Shown here: piece after piece, positions 18,992 to 27,720 of the stretch | How positions within the stretch are numbered: position 1 is the first letter of the stretch | Layout of the letters: every line of letters begins with the position of its first letter | Source of the DNA: Flavobacteriales bacterium | GTDB taxonomy: Bacteria > Bacteroidota > Bacteroidia > Flavobacteriales_F > PHOS-HE28 | Reading direction: 5' to 3' | NCBI GenBank assembly: GCA_041747675.1 | Contig: JBGTES010000027.1 | Span: forward strand, 15,088-79,087 | Length of the DNA: 64,000 bases | The notes under the pieces: generated by a model | Databases searched by the model: none | What the model was told of the DNA's origin: nothing | What the model saw: only the letters and a program-made list of their open reading frames with translations | Made by a program: the position numbers and the translations under genes

Positions 18992-20401
18992 TCAGACCAG
19001 CCTCCCCGCCAACCACTTCAACTGCAGCTCCGCCAGCTTGGCCTCGTACTGTGCGAGCAGCAGGCGGTTCTCCGCATCGATCAGGCCTTGCTGCACATCG
19101 CGCAGTTCCACGGCGGTGATCACGCCGATGCGGTAGCTCTCCAGCGCCACGTCCACCTGGGTCTGGGTGCCTTGCAGATTGCCCTGCTCCAAGGCCACGC
19201 GGGTGCGGGCGGTGCTGTACAGCGTCCAGGCATCGAGGAGTTGTTGTTCCACCAGGAGTTGCGTTTCCTCGGTGGTGATGGCGGCCTGCTCACGACCCAG
19301 CTTGGCGGCTTCGGTGGCGCGTGAGGCCTGCCCTCCGCGGAAGATGGGCACGCTGACCCGCACGCCGTAGTCGGGACCGATGGCGCGGTTGCTCTGCAGG
19401 AAGCCCACGTCGCTCTGGCTGCGGCGATAAGCATAGTTGCCGAAGACATCGATGCGTGGCATCAGTGCACCGCGCAGTTCCTTCACGGAGATGTCGGCGG
19501 TGAGCTGTTGCTGGCGGGCCTGCATCAGGCTGCTGTTGGTGCCGCGCGCATCGCGTTGCAGGGTGGTGAGGTCCAGTTCCTCCGCTGCGGGGATCTCCGT
19601 TTCCGTGGCGAAGGGCGTGGCGGGATCGCGGCCCAGCAGCATGTTGAGGCGGTGCTGTGCGTTGGCGTCCTGCATCTTCAGGTCCAGTATGGCAGCGCTA
19701 TCGGTGCTCAGATCAAGCCGTGCTTGTATCACTTCCAAGCCGCTGCTGCTGCCGATGCGCTCACCCGTTTCGGCGATCATCAAACGTTCGCGGCCGGTGC
19801 GCAGGCCTTCGCGCTGTACATCGAGCGCCTTGCGGAGTTGCACGGACTGGTAGTAGGCGGCCATCACTTCGTACACGGTGGACTCCACCTGCTGCTTCAA
19901 CAGGTTGCGCTCGATCTCCTCCAGCGCGGCCAGCCTGTCCTTCACAGCGAACATGGTGAGACCGTCGAAGACCGTCCAGTTCAGTTGTATGGCGCCGCTG
20001 AGGATCTGGCTGTTCGCATCGTCCACCTCGCGCACTTCGCCGCTGAAGAAGGTCTGCCGCGTGGCGCTCCGGTCGCCATCGTATTGGCCAATGGCATCGA
20101 TGGATGGCAGCATACCCGCCTGTCCGGCGGTGTTCATCAGTTCGGCGGTCTTCAGCGACAGCTTGGCGAGGCGGATGCCGTGGTTGTGCTCCAGGGCGAT
20201 GTTCAGGGCCTGCTCGGCGGTGAGGAGTTCCTGGGAGAAGGAGGGGAGGAGGGAGGAGAAGGCGAGGAAGAACGCAGAGGCGCCAAGGCGCAGAGGGCGC
20301 AGAGCTGTGGCACAAGAAAGGCTGTGTACCGCTTCGAAGACACTCAAGGCAGCTCCGAACAGCCTCGATGGCTCAATGCTGTTGTGGGATCGTTGAGTCA
20401 T
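18992..20401 (-). CDS. TolC family outer-membrane efflux protein (start uncertain)
   Basis: 'ALNIALEHNHGIRLA', 'LPSID', 'SYRIGVITAVELRDVQ' OEP repeats; last gene of the RND operon. Confidence 0.9.
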   Translation of the reverse strand: MTQRSHNSIEPSRLFGAALSVFEAVHSLSCATALRPLRLGASAFFLAFSSLLPSFSQELLTAEQALNIALEHNHGIRLAKLSLKTAELMNTAGQAGMLPSIDAIGQYDGDRSATRQTFFSGEVREVDDANSQILSGAIQLNWTVFDGLTMFAVKDRLAALEEIERNLLKQQVESTVYEVMAAYYQSVQLRKALDVQREGLRTGRERLMIAETGERIGSSSGLEVIQARLDLSTDSAAILDLKMQDANAQHRLNMLLGRDPATPFATETEIPAAEELDLTTLQRDARGTNSSLMQARQQQLTADISVKELRGALMPRIDVFGNYAYRRSQSDVGFLQSNRAIGPDYGVRVSVPIFRGGQASRATEAAKLGREQAAITTEETQLLVEQQLLDAWTLYSTARTRVALEQGNLQGTQTQVDVALESYRIGVITAVELRDVQQGLIDAENRLLLAQYEAKLAELQLKWLAGRLV

Positions 20402-20985
20402 TGTTGGTCACAAGTCTTGCGGACTGTCAGTTCTCGGATGGTATCGTTCTGTATGTTGAACTCTCCGTGATAGTCGCCTATCTGTGCAACGACGTACGAC
20501 CCCTTCCGATGACGAAAGTTGTCTCCAAGGAAGGCTATGAGACTGTCCTCGTGGTCACCAACGGCAATCCTGTCCCAGATCTTGATCCGTCCCGAACTCA
20601 GTTCCAGTTGAACGAAGTTCTCGTCCTGGTCATCCTCCCTCCATAGCGTCGGCGCGTGAGGCTTGGATATCGTCAGCCTCCCGGGCGGTCTCCCTGTGTG
20701 GCCGCGGTCAATCAAAAAGTAAAAGCCGAAGAAGGTCTCCGGGTCCTTCGGACAAAGTCCCGAAGCGCCTTTCTTTCCCAGGACGCCTGAAGTCGTCTCC
20801 AGCCATGGCTGACGCTTCAACTCATTGATGTCGATCGGTGGGCCGAGGACGGGCTGCTCAGCGATCGGATCGTCATGGTCAGCAGTTTCGATCACGGCCT
20901 CTGTGGAAGTTGGACGCGTTTCTTCCATGGCCGGCTGGCAGCCTATCATCAGCATTATTGCTATGACCAAGTGCGAACGTTCCAT
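20398..20985 (-). CDS. hypothetical lipoprotein inserted within the RND operon
   Basis: Lipobox 'MLMIGC'; codon usage unlike its neighbours; alternative TTG start at 21003 overlaps the RND stop. Confidence 0.7.
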   Translation of the reverse strand: MERSHLVIAIMLMIGCQPAMEETRPTSTEAVIETADHDDPIAEQPVLGPPIDINELKRQPWLETTSGVLGKKGASGLCPKDPETFFGFYFLIDRGHTGRPPGRLTISKPHAPTLWREDDQDENFVQLELSSGRIKIWDRIAVGDHEDSLIAFLGDNFRHRKGSYVVAQIGDYHGEFNIQNDTIRELTVRKTCDQQ

Positions 20986-20999
20986 TGATCCTGATCTCT

Positions 21000-23900
21000 T
21001 CAATTCGTCTCTTCTTCACCCTCTTCACCTCCTTCACCCCCATCACCTCCTTCACCATTCTCACCATTCTTCAACCCCTTCTCCGAACTCAGATAACTGT
21101 ACAGCGCCGGCACCACATACAGCGTCAGCACTAGCGCGAAGATCAGTCCGCCGATGATGACGATGCCCATGGGTACGCGGCTTTTGGCGGCGGCACCCAG
21201 GCCCAGCGCGATGGGCAGCGCGCCGAGGATCGTGGCCAGGCTGGTCATAAGGATCGGGCGGAAACGCTGCTTCGATGCCTCGATCAACGCTTCGGCCTTG
21301 GCCATACCCGCGCGCCGCTTCTGGTTGGCGAACTCCACGATGAGGATGCCGTTCTTGGTGACCAGGCCGATGAGCACGATGATGCCGATCTGGCTGAAGA
21401 TGTTCAAAGTATGATCACCGATCCACAGGCTGAGCACCGCGCCTGCCAGCGCCAGCGGCACGGTGAACATCACGATCAGTGGATCGAGCCAGCTTTCGAA
21501 CTGCGCGGCCAGTACAAGGAAAACCAGCGCCAGTGCCATGAGAAAGGCGAACCAGAGACTGCTGCTGCTCTCCGCGTATTCCTTGCTCACACCGGCCAGC
21601 GCGGTGCTGAAGCTGTCGTCCAGCACCTCGTCCGCGATGCGTTCCATGGCATCGATGCCATCGGCGATGGTGTAGCCCGGCGCGGGATCGGCGCTGACCG
21701 TGGCGCTCACGTAGCGGTTGTAGCGGTAGAGTTGCGGCGGCATGCTGCTGGTGGACATTTGCACCAGGTTGTCCAACTGCACCAGTTCGCCTCTGTCGTT
21801 GCGCACGTAGGCACTGCTCAGGTCCAGCGGTTGGTCGCGGTCGTTGCGCGCGGCCTGGCCGAAGACCTGGTACTGCTTGCCCTTGAAGATGAAGTAGCCG
21901 TAGCGCACGCCACTGTAGTAGAGTTGCAAGGTCTCGGCGATGTCGAGGACGCTCACGCCCATGGCTCGCGCGCGGTCGCGGTCGATCTCGATGTTCAGTT
22001 CGGGCTTGGTGAATTTCAGGTCCAGGTCGCTCACGCGGAACACGGGGTCCTTCTCCACGCGTTCCATGAACACAGGGATCTTCTCGCGCAGCCGCTCGAA
22101 GTCGGGTGCCTGGATCACGAATTCCACCGGAAGCCCGCTGCGCCGCCCACCGCCGATGGTGGGTTCCTGGATCACGAAGCTGCGCGCGAGGTTGTGCTCC
22201 TGCACCCATCCGGTCACCAGGTCGGCGAGTTCGGCCTGGCTGCGGCTGCGTTGCGAAGGCTCCACGAAATTCACCCGCACAAAACCGCTGTTGGTGTTGA
22301 TGCTTCCGCCGAAACCCGGACTGGTGACACTGAGGATGGCGTTGCGCTCGGGCAGCGTGTCCACCGTTTCGATGATGTCGTACAGGTAGTCGTTCATCAT
22401 CTCGAAGGTGGTGCCCTCGGGCGCGGTGCTGCGGACCAGGAAGCGGCTCTTGTCCTCCATGGGCGCCAGTTCGCTTTGCAGTTGCAGACCGAAGCCGAAG
22501 ATCATCACCACGCTCACGAGCATGATCACCAAGGCGATCCATCGTTGGGCAAGGAAGCTTTCCAAAGTGCGGCCGTAGGCATCGCTGAGGCGTTCGAAGA
22601 AGCGCTCGGTGACCTCGAAGAAGCGGCTGTGGCGCTTTTGCTTCTTCAGGAAACGCGCGCTGAGCATGGGCGTGAGGGTGAGGGACACCAGCGAGGAGAT
22701 GATCACCGCGCCACTGACCACCACGCCGAACTCGCGGAACAAACGGCCGGTGAGGCCATCGAGGAAGACGATCGGCAGGAACACCGCGATCAGCACCAAC
22801 GTGGTGGCGATCACCGCGAAGACGATCTCCTGGATGCCCTTGTGCCCGGCCTTGATCGGGTCCTCGCCATCCTCGATGCGGCGGTAGATGTTCTCCAGCA
22901 CCACGATCGCATCGTCCACCACGATGCCCGTGGCCAGCACGATGCCCAGCAGGGTGAGCACGTTGATGCTGAAGCCCGACACGTACATCACGAAGAAGGT
23001 GCCGATGAGCGAGATGGGGATGGTGACCACCGGGATCAGCGTGGTGCGCCAGTTCCGCAGGAAGGTGAAGATCACCAGCACCACCAGCCCGAAGGCCAGC
23101 AGGACGGTGGTCTGCACTTCGCTGATCGCCTTGCGGATGCCGATGGTGGTGTCCAGTGCCATCACGTAGCGGAGGTCGTCCGGCAGTTCGGCCTGGATCT
23201 GTGCGGCGCGCTTGTGGAACTCGTCGGCGATGGCGATGTAGTTGCTGCCCGGCTGCGGGGTGACGGCCACAGCCACCTGTGGTACGGCACCGATGCCGCG
23301 CAGCACCGAGCGTTCGTTCTCGGGCAACAGCTGCGCGTGGCCGATGTCGCGCATGCGGATCACCGCGCCGCCATCCTCGCGGATGATCATGTCATCGAAG
23401 TCCTCCTCGGTGACAAGGCGCCCCATGGTGCGGATGGTGAGTTCCGTGCGGTAGCCTTCGATGCGGCCGCTGGGCAGTTCCACGTTCTCGCGGAGCAGGG
23501 CATCGCGCACATCGCCGGGTGTGATGCCGTGGCCGGCCATCTTCATCGGGTCCAGCAGCAGCTTCATGCTGTAGCGCTTCTCGCCCCAGATGCGGATCTC
23601 GCTGATGCCGGGGATGGTCTGCAGCCGCTCCTTGAACTGGTTGTTGGCGATCTCGCTCAGCTCCATCAAGCTGCGCTGATCGCTCTGGATCGTCATGGAG
23701 AGGATCGGGTTGGCGTCCGCATCGCTCTTCACCACGATGGGCGGGTCCACATCCGCAGGCAGGTTGTTCCGGGCACGTGCCACGCGGTCGCGCACATCAT
23801 TGGCCGCGGCCTCCATGTTCACGTTCAGCTCGAATTCCACGGTGATGGTGCTGCGCCCGTCGCCGCTGATGCTGGTGAGCGTGCGGATGCCTTCGATGCC

Positions 23901-24116
23901 GTTGATGCTCTCCTCCAGCGGCTCGGTCACCTGGCTCTCCATGATGTCCGCGTTGGCACCGGTGTAGTTGGTGGTCACCGTCACCACCGGTGGGTCCACG
24001 CTGGGGAACTCGCGTACACCCAGGTAGGTGAAGCCCACGGCACCGAACAGCACGATCATGATGCTGATCACCGATGCGAGGACCGGCCGGTCGATGCTGA
24101 GGTTGCCGATGTTCAT
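21000..24116 (-). CDS. RND efflux permease (AcrB/MdtB/C-like)
   Basis: 1038 aa; 'IDRPVLASV', 'GIVVDDAIVVLENI', 'GLVTKNGILIVEFA', 'RFRPILMTS'. Confidence 0.97.
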   Translation of the reverse strand: MNIGNLSIDRPVLASVISIMIVLFGAVGFTYLGVREFPSVDPPVVTVTTNYTGANADIMESQVTEPLEESINGIEGIRTLTSISGDGRSTITVEFELNVNMEAAANDVRDRVARARNNLPADVDPPIVVKSDADANPILSMTIQSDQRSLMELSEIANNQFKERLQTIPGISEIRIWGEKRYSMKLLLDPMKMAGHGITPGDVRDALLRENVELPSGRIEGYRTELTIRTMGRLVTEEDFDDMIIREDGGAVIRMRDIGHAQLLPENERSVLRGIGAVPQVAVAVTPQPGSNYIAIADEFHKRAAQIQAELPDDLRYVMALDTTIGIRKAISEVQTTVLLAFGLVVLVIFTFLRNWRTTLIPVVTIPISLIGTFFVMYVSGFSINVLTLLGIVLATGIVVDDAIVVLENIYRRIEDGEDPIKAGHKGIQEIVFAVIATTLVLIAVFLPIVFLDGLTGRLFREFGVVVSGAVIISSLVSLTLTPMLSARFLKKQKRHSRFFEVTERFFERLSDAYGRTLESFLAQRWIALVIMLVSVVMIFGFGLQLQSELAPMEDKSRFLVRSTAPEGTTFEMMNDYLYDIIETVDTLPERNAILSVTSPGFGGSINTNSGFVRVNFVEPSQRSRSQAELADLVTGWVQEHNLARSFVIQEPTIGGGRRSGLPVEFVIQAPDFERLREKIPVFMERVEKDPVFRVSDLDLKFTKPELNIEIDRDRARAMGVSVLDIAETLQLYYSGVRYGYFIFKGKQYQVFGQAARNDRDQPLDLSSAYVRNDRGELVQLDNLVQMSTSSMPPQLYRYNRYVSATVSADPAPGYTIADGIDAMERIADEVLDDSFSTALAGVSKEYAESSSSLWFAFLMALALVFLVLAAQFESWLDPLIVMFTVPLALAGAVLSLWIGDHTLNIFSQIGIIVLIGLVTKNGILIVEFANQKRRAGMAKAEALIEASKQRFRPILMTSLATILGALPIALGLGAAAKSRVPMGIVIIGGLIFALVLTLYVVPALYSYLSSEKGLKNGENGEGGDGGEGGEEGEEETN
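21012..21074 (-). repeat. in-frame 9-mer tandem repeats encoding the acidic G/E tail of the RND permease
   Basis: About 7 units such as ttcttcacc/ctcttcacc/tccttcacc; encode 'NGENGEGGDGGEGGEEGEE'. Confidence 0.85.
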
Positions 24117-24120
24117 GGAG

Positions 24121-24206
24121 AGGGTGGAAGGGTGGAAAGGTGCAAGGGTGCGAGGGTGCGAATGCCTTCAATTGGGCACCATTGCACCTTTCCACCTTTC
24201 CACTTC
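24121..24206. repeat. 8-mer tandem repeats followed by inverted copies
   Basis: agggtgga x2, aaggtgca, agggtgcg x2, then tgcacctt/tccacctt/tccacttc. Confidence 0.85.
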
Positions 24207-24243
24207 ATCGGCTGTTCCATGCTATGTGTGATCCCGGCGATAA

Positions 24244-25602
24244 TTACTGCTCGTTTCTAACATCGGCTTCCGATCGCTCTTCCTTCAGCGGCGGTTGTTG
24301 GCCCATGGGGACGGCGCGTACGGGCATGCCATCACGCACTGCCAGCAGGCCGGTCACCAGCACGGTATCGCCAGCCTGCACGCCGCTGGTGAGCTGCACG
24401 GCCTTGGGCAGGCGTATGCCGACGTCCACACGCTGGCTTGTCACTTTTCCATCGCGCAGCACGAAGACCTTCTGTCCCTCGATGTCCGGCATGATGGATT
24501 CGGTGGGCACTGTGAGCGCTTCGGGGATGCTCTCCAGCGCCACCTCCACGCGGGCGAATGAGCCGGGCACGAGCTTGCCGTCGGTGTTCGGGTGACGGGC
24601 ACGCACGCTCACGGTGCGGTTGGTCGCATCCACGCCGGGTTCCACGGCATACACGGTAGCTTCATACACCGTGGGGTCGCCTTCCAGGGTGAAGGTGATC
24701 GGTGCTCCGGCTTTCAGTTGACGGCCGCTGCGTTCGGGCAGTGCGAATTCGATCTTGATGGGGGAGAGCTGCCGCAGATGTGCGATGGGCGCGCCGATCG
24801 CCAAATAACCGCCGGGACTCACCCTGCGCAGCCCGATGGCCCCGGAGAACGGCGCGCGGACCACGGTCCTTGCGATGCGCGCATTCAGCAGATCGGCCTG
24901 CGCTTCCAGACCCACACGCACGGCGGCACTGGCATCGAAAGCCTCGCGGCTGATGCCGCTTACCTCCAGTAGTTTTTCCTTGCGTTCCTCGTCGTCGCGG
25001 GCCACCTGCAGGTTGGCCTCCACCTGCCGCAGCTCGGCCTGTAGGTCATCGTCGTTGATGCGCAGCAACACCTGCCCTGCGCTTACCGTGCCGCCTTCCT
25101 CGAAACCGATATGGGTCACCCTACCAGCCATCTCGCTCATCAATTCCACCTCCTCATTGGCCAGCAGGGTGCCCGTAACGATCAACGCGTGGTCCAGCGG
25201 GCGGGGCTGGAGCACAACGGTCTGTACGGTCATCGGCGGACGTTCGGGCGCGGCCTCGCCGTTGGTGCCACCGCAGCCCGCCAACAGAATCGCGGCGGTG
25301 ATGAAGAGGGTGATGGAGGCAGCAGGATACGTCGCGATGAGCCCTCTTCGCGAGCGTAACGCAGGGGTTTGCAAATGAAAACCGTTCAACTCCGGCTGCG
25401 ACCCCTCCGGGGTCGTTGCCCCGTGGGCCGTACCTATCCTACATGCTGTGACCCCTCCGGGGTCATGAATTGTGGTCTGCTCTGGCCGACCCCGGAGGGG
25501 TCGCAGCATGTAGGACTGTGTGTATGAATGGATCACGACCCCGGAGGGGTCGCAGCCGGTGTTCCTCCAGCGCTCGATATACGGCATACTATTGCGGCTC
25601 AT
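24244..25602 (-). CDS. RND efflux membrane-fusion (adaptor) lipoprotein; start either the ATG at 25602 coupled to marR or a downstream TTG (25389/25374)
   Basis: Lipobox 'LLAGC'; 'GRVTHIGFEEGGTVSAGQVL', 'VRAPFSGAIG', 'LVPGSFARV'. Confidence 0.9.
   Translation of the reverse strand: MSRNSMPYIERWRNTGCDPSGVVIHSYTQSYMLRPLRGRPEQTTIHDPGGVTACRIGTAHGATTPEGSQPELNGFHLQTPALRSRRGLIATYPAASITLFITAAILLAGCGGTNGEAAPERPPMTVQTVVLQPRPLDHALIVTGTLLANEEVELMSEMAGRVTHIGFEEGGTVSAGQVLLRINDDDLQAELRQVEANLQVARDDEERKEKLLEVSGISREAFDASAAVRVGLEAQADLLNARIARTVVRAPFSGAIGLRRVSPGGYLAIGAPIAHLRQLSPIKIEFALPERSGRQLKAGAPITFTLEGDPTVYEATVYAVEPGVDATNRTVSVRARHPNTDGKLVPGSFARVEVALESIPEALTVPTESIMPDIEGQKVFVLRDGKVTSQRVDVGIRLPKAVQLTSGVQAGDTVLVTGLLAVRDGMPVRAVPMGQQPPLKEERSEADVRNEQ
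25392..25563. repeat. nested REP-like composite A-B-B'-A' (core GACCCCTCCGGGGTC)
   Basis: A 25392-25416, B 25439-25465, B' 25488-25513, A' 25535-25563; second copy at 59772-59958. Confidence 0.92.
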
Positions 25603-26084
25603 CGGGGCAGTTTCTTGGAATAGGTGATGCGCATCTTCCGCCCTTCGGGATGGGCCAGGTTGGCATTGATCCGCGCCAGGTCCGCCTTGAAGCGCTTGCG
25701 GTCCGCAGCTTTCATGCCCGCGAAGGCCAGTTCGTTCAGTGCCTCGAAGGTCGCACGGATATCCTTCACCACAGCGCGGGCCTTGGGCAGCGTGCGCAGG
25801 TGGTACTTCCGGCGGTCCTGGGGACAATCCACGCGCCGTACGTAGCCCTTCTTGCTCAGGTGGTCCACCGCGCGGGTGATGGTGACCTTGTCCAGCAGTA
25901 GCGCATCGGCGAGGTCCTGCTGGCTCAGTTCATCCTCCGCCTCGTGGATCTTCAGCAGCACATAGAACCACTTGTCCAGGTCGTGCTTCCGCAGGGCATT
26001 GAGCACACGGGTGTAGTAGTGCTGTGTAGCAATGCCCGTCCAGAAGCCAAGGGAGGCGTGCGGGTCTTTGGGATCGGTGGGCAT
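25599..26084 (-). CDS. MarR family transcriptional regulator
   Basis: 'LSQQDLADALLLDKVTITRAVDHLSKKGYVRRVDCPQDRRKYHLRTL'. Confidence 0.93.
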   Translation of the reverse strand: MPTDPKDPHASLGFWTGIATQHYYTRVLNALRKHDLDKWFYVLLKIHEAEDELSQQDLADALLLDKVTITRAVDHLSKKGYVRRVDCPQDRRKYHLRTLPKARAVVKDIRATFEALNELAFAGMKAADRKRFKADLARINANLAHPEGRKMRITYSKKLPR

Positions 26085-26101
26085 GGGATGGTGACGCTCG
26101 G

Positions 26102-26123
26102 AACAGTTACAAATGAAACGGTT
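26102..26123. promoter_or_regulatory. putative MarR operator (imperfect palindrome aacagttacaaatgaaacggtt)
   Basis: 16/22 self-complementary, 18 bp upstream of the marR ATG. Confidence 0.6.
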
Positions 26124-26193
26124 CCGTTGTTCACTTTCGACGAGCGGACTGTTAAGTTCTGTGATCGGGTGGCGCTTGGGCGAGCGCCCTCCG

Positions 26194-26799
26194 TCAGGGC
26201 CGGGGGGCCTTTCCACCGTTGAGATGCACGCGCATTCCTACGGTGGCCAGGAAGCCGGTCGAGTAGATCGGTGCCAGGGGGACCCGGTCGGCTTCTGCGC
26301 CCACGCCGATCCCGCCGAGTTCGATCAAATAATTGAAGGCATCGTGGGGGAAGAATTCGAAGCCGAACGATCCATAGCCACCAAATTCCATATCCACCGA
26401 TGAGAACTCACCGGAAGGGAACAACAGGATGACCCCTCCTTCACCGTACAGCCTGATACTGCCTCCCACATACCCGGAAACGCCCACAATTCCGAGGGAA
26501 AGATTGGTATATGGCGTCCAGGTCATGGAGCTGTCCTGGACGTGCTCATGGAACATGACGGCTCCGCGTGCGCGGAGGGCCACCCGCTCGAACAGGAAGT
26601 ACGGAGTGGTCAGGCTCACGCCCATTCCGAAGTCCCGCTGGAACTGATTGAGATGAAAGCCCATGCCCAGGCCTTTGTGAATGGAGTGCTGATCCGATTG
26701 GGCATCTGCCCGAGATGCGATCAGGAACGCGACGAGGAGCAGGCACATTTTCAAGCCTGGACGTGTCCAAGGTGGGATTGCGATCGGACCACCGGTCAT
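26194..26799 (-). CDS. hypothetical outer-membrane beta-strand protein
   Basis: Signal-peptide-like 'CLLLVAFLIASRADAQ'; alternating Gly/aromatic strands; start may be about 26748. Confidence 0.7.
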   Translation of the reverse strand: MTGGPIAIPPWTRPGLKMCLLLVAFLIASRADAQSDQHSIHKGLGMGFHLNQFQRDFGMGVSLTTPYFLFERVALRARGAVMFHEHVQDSSMTWTPYTNLSLGIVGVSGYVGGSIRLYGEGGVILLFPSGEFSSVDMEFGGYGSFGFEFFPHDAFNYLIELGGIGVGAEADRVPLAPIYSTGFLATVGMRVHLNGGKAPRP

Positions 26800-26841
26800 A
26801 GTATCAAAAGTAATCCCGGCGGCGTGCCGCTCTGTGGGTCT

Positions 26842-27684
26842 TCACCCGCGTCGCAACAGCGCAAGGCCCACGCCGCCAAGTACCAGCACGGTGGATGATA
26901 CGAGTCGCAGATCGAAACTTTCCTCCAGCAACAGGACGCCGAGCATCGCAGCGATCACCGGCACGGACAGCTGCACGACCGATGCCCGCGTGGCGGTGAG
27001 TTCCTTCAAGGCTCCATACCAGGCCACATAGCCAATGGCGGAGGCGATCGCACCGGAGAGGATGGCGATGGCCGCGCCCCATGCAGTGATGTGCAGGTGT
27101 GGACAGCCAATGGCGGAGACCACCGCCACCATGGGCACGGCGCGCAGGAAGTTGCCCGCGTTACGTGAGACCGGGTCACCGGGGCGGCGGCCTCGCAGGG
27201 AGTAGAGACCCCATGCCACCCCGGCGAGTGCCATCAGAAAGGCATTCAGCATCGGTGGTGCGGTGAGGCCCGGGAGCATCAACCACACCAGTCCCGCGAA
27301 GGCGAGAAGGATCCCGGACCATTGCAGGGTGCCGGGCCGCTCCCCGGCGCGCCATCCGTTCAGGAGCATGGTGAGTTGTACCGCACCGAATAGGATCAAG
27401 GCACCGGTGCCTGTGGTGAGGCCCAGGTACGCGAATGAGAATGGCACCGCATAGAGAAAGAGCCAGAAGGCCGAACGCCAGTCGCCAGGCAGTTGCGGTG
27501 CTTGACCATTGCGCACTGCGACCAGCAGCAGCAACATCAACGCACCGGAAGCAAGACGCAGGGTGGAGAAGGAGGCGGCGTCAATGCCTTCTCCATGCAA
27601 GGCCATGCGGCACAGCAGGGAGTTCGCCGCGAACATCAACAACGCGAAGACCGTGAGCAGCACCGTGCGCATGTGGAGGGGCAT
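26842..27684 (-). CDS. DMT/EamA family transporter
   Basis: 'FAANSLLCRMAL', 'TGTGALILFGAVQLTM', 'QLSVPVIAA'. Confidence 0.92.
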   Translation of the reverse strand: MPLHMRTVLLTVFALLMFAANSLLCRMALHGEGIDAASFSTLRLASGALMLLLLVAVRNGQAPQLPGDWRSAFWLFLYAVPFSFAYLGLTTGTGALILFGAVQLTMLLNGWRAGERPGTLQWSGILLAFAGLVWLMLPGLTAPPMLNAFLMALAGVAWGLYSLRGRRPGDPVSRNAGNFLRAVPMVAVVSAIGCPHLHITAWGAAIAILSGAIASAIGYVAWYGALKELTATRASVVQLSVPVIAAMLGVLLLEESFDLRLVSSTVLVLGGVGLALLRRG

Positions 27685-27720
27685 GCGTGTGTGAGGGCAG
27701 GACGAAAAGGTATCGCGCGA

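Noticed and set aside
21411-24260. 949-aa plus-strand ORF and other long antisense ORFs (e.g. 53321-54580, 58374-59618, 62236-63762, 5668-6903)
   Set aside because: These are shadow ORFs opposite well-supported genes, expected from high-GC codon bias, and have no recognisable motifs.
25392-25563. CRISPR array interpretation of the palindromic repeats with ~21-32-nt spacers (also 59772-59958)
   Set aside because: There are only four units, of two types and in inverted (A-B-B'-A') rather than direct orientation, with no cas genes or leader. This fits REP-like elements.
24244-25827. 527-aa adaptor as listed in the ORF track, and other upstream-extended starts (5248, 9499, 31092, 33243, 38813, 39501, 53231)
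   Set aside because: The extensions overlap neighbouring genes or promoter boxes. Downstream starts fit signal peptides, family N-termini and -7 boxes better.
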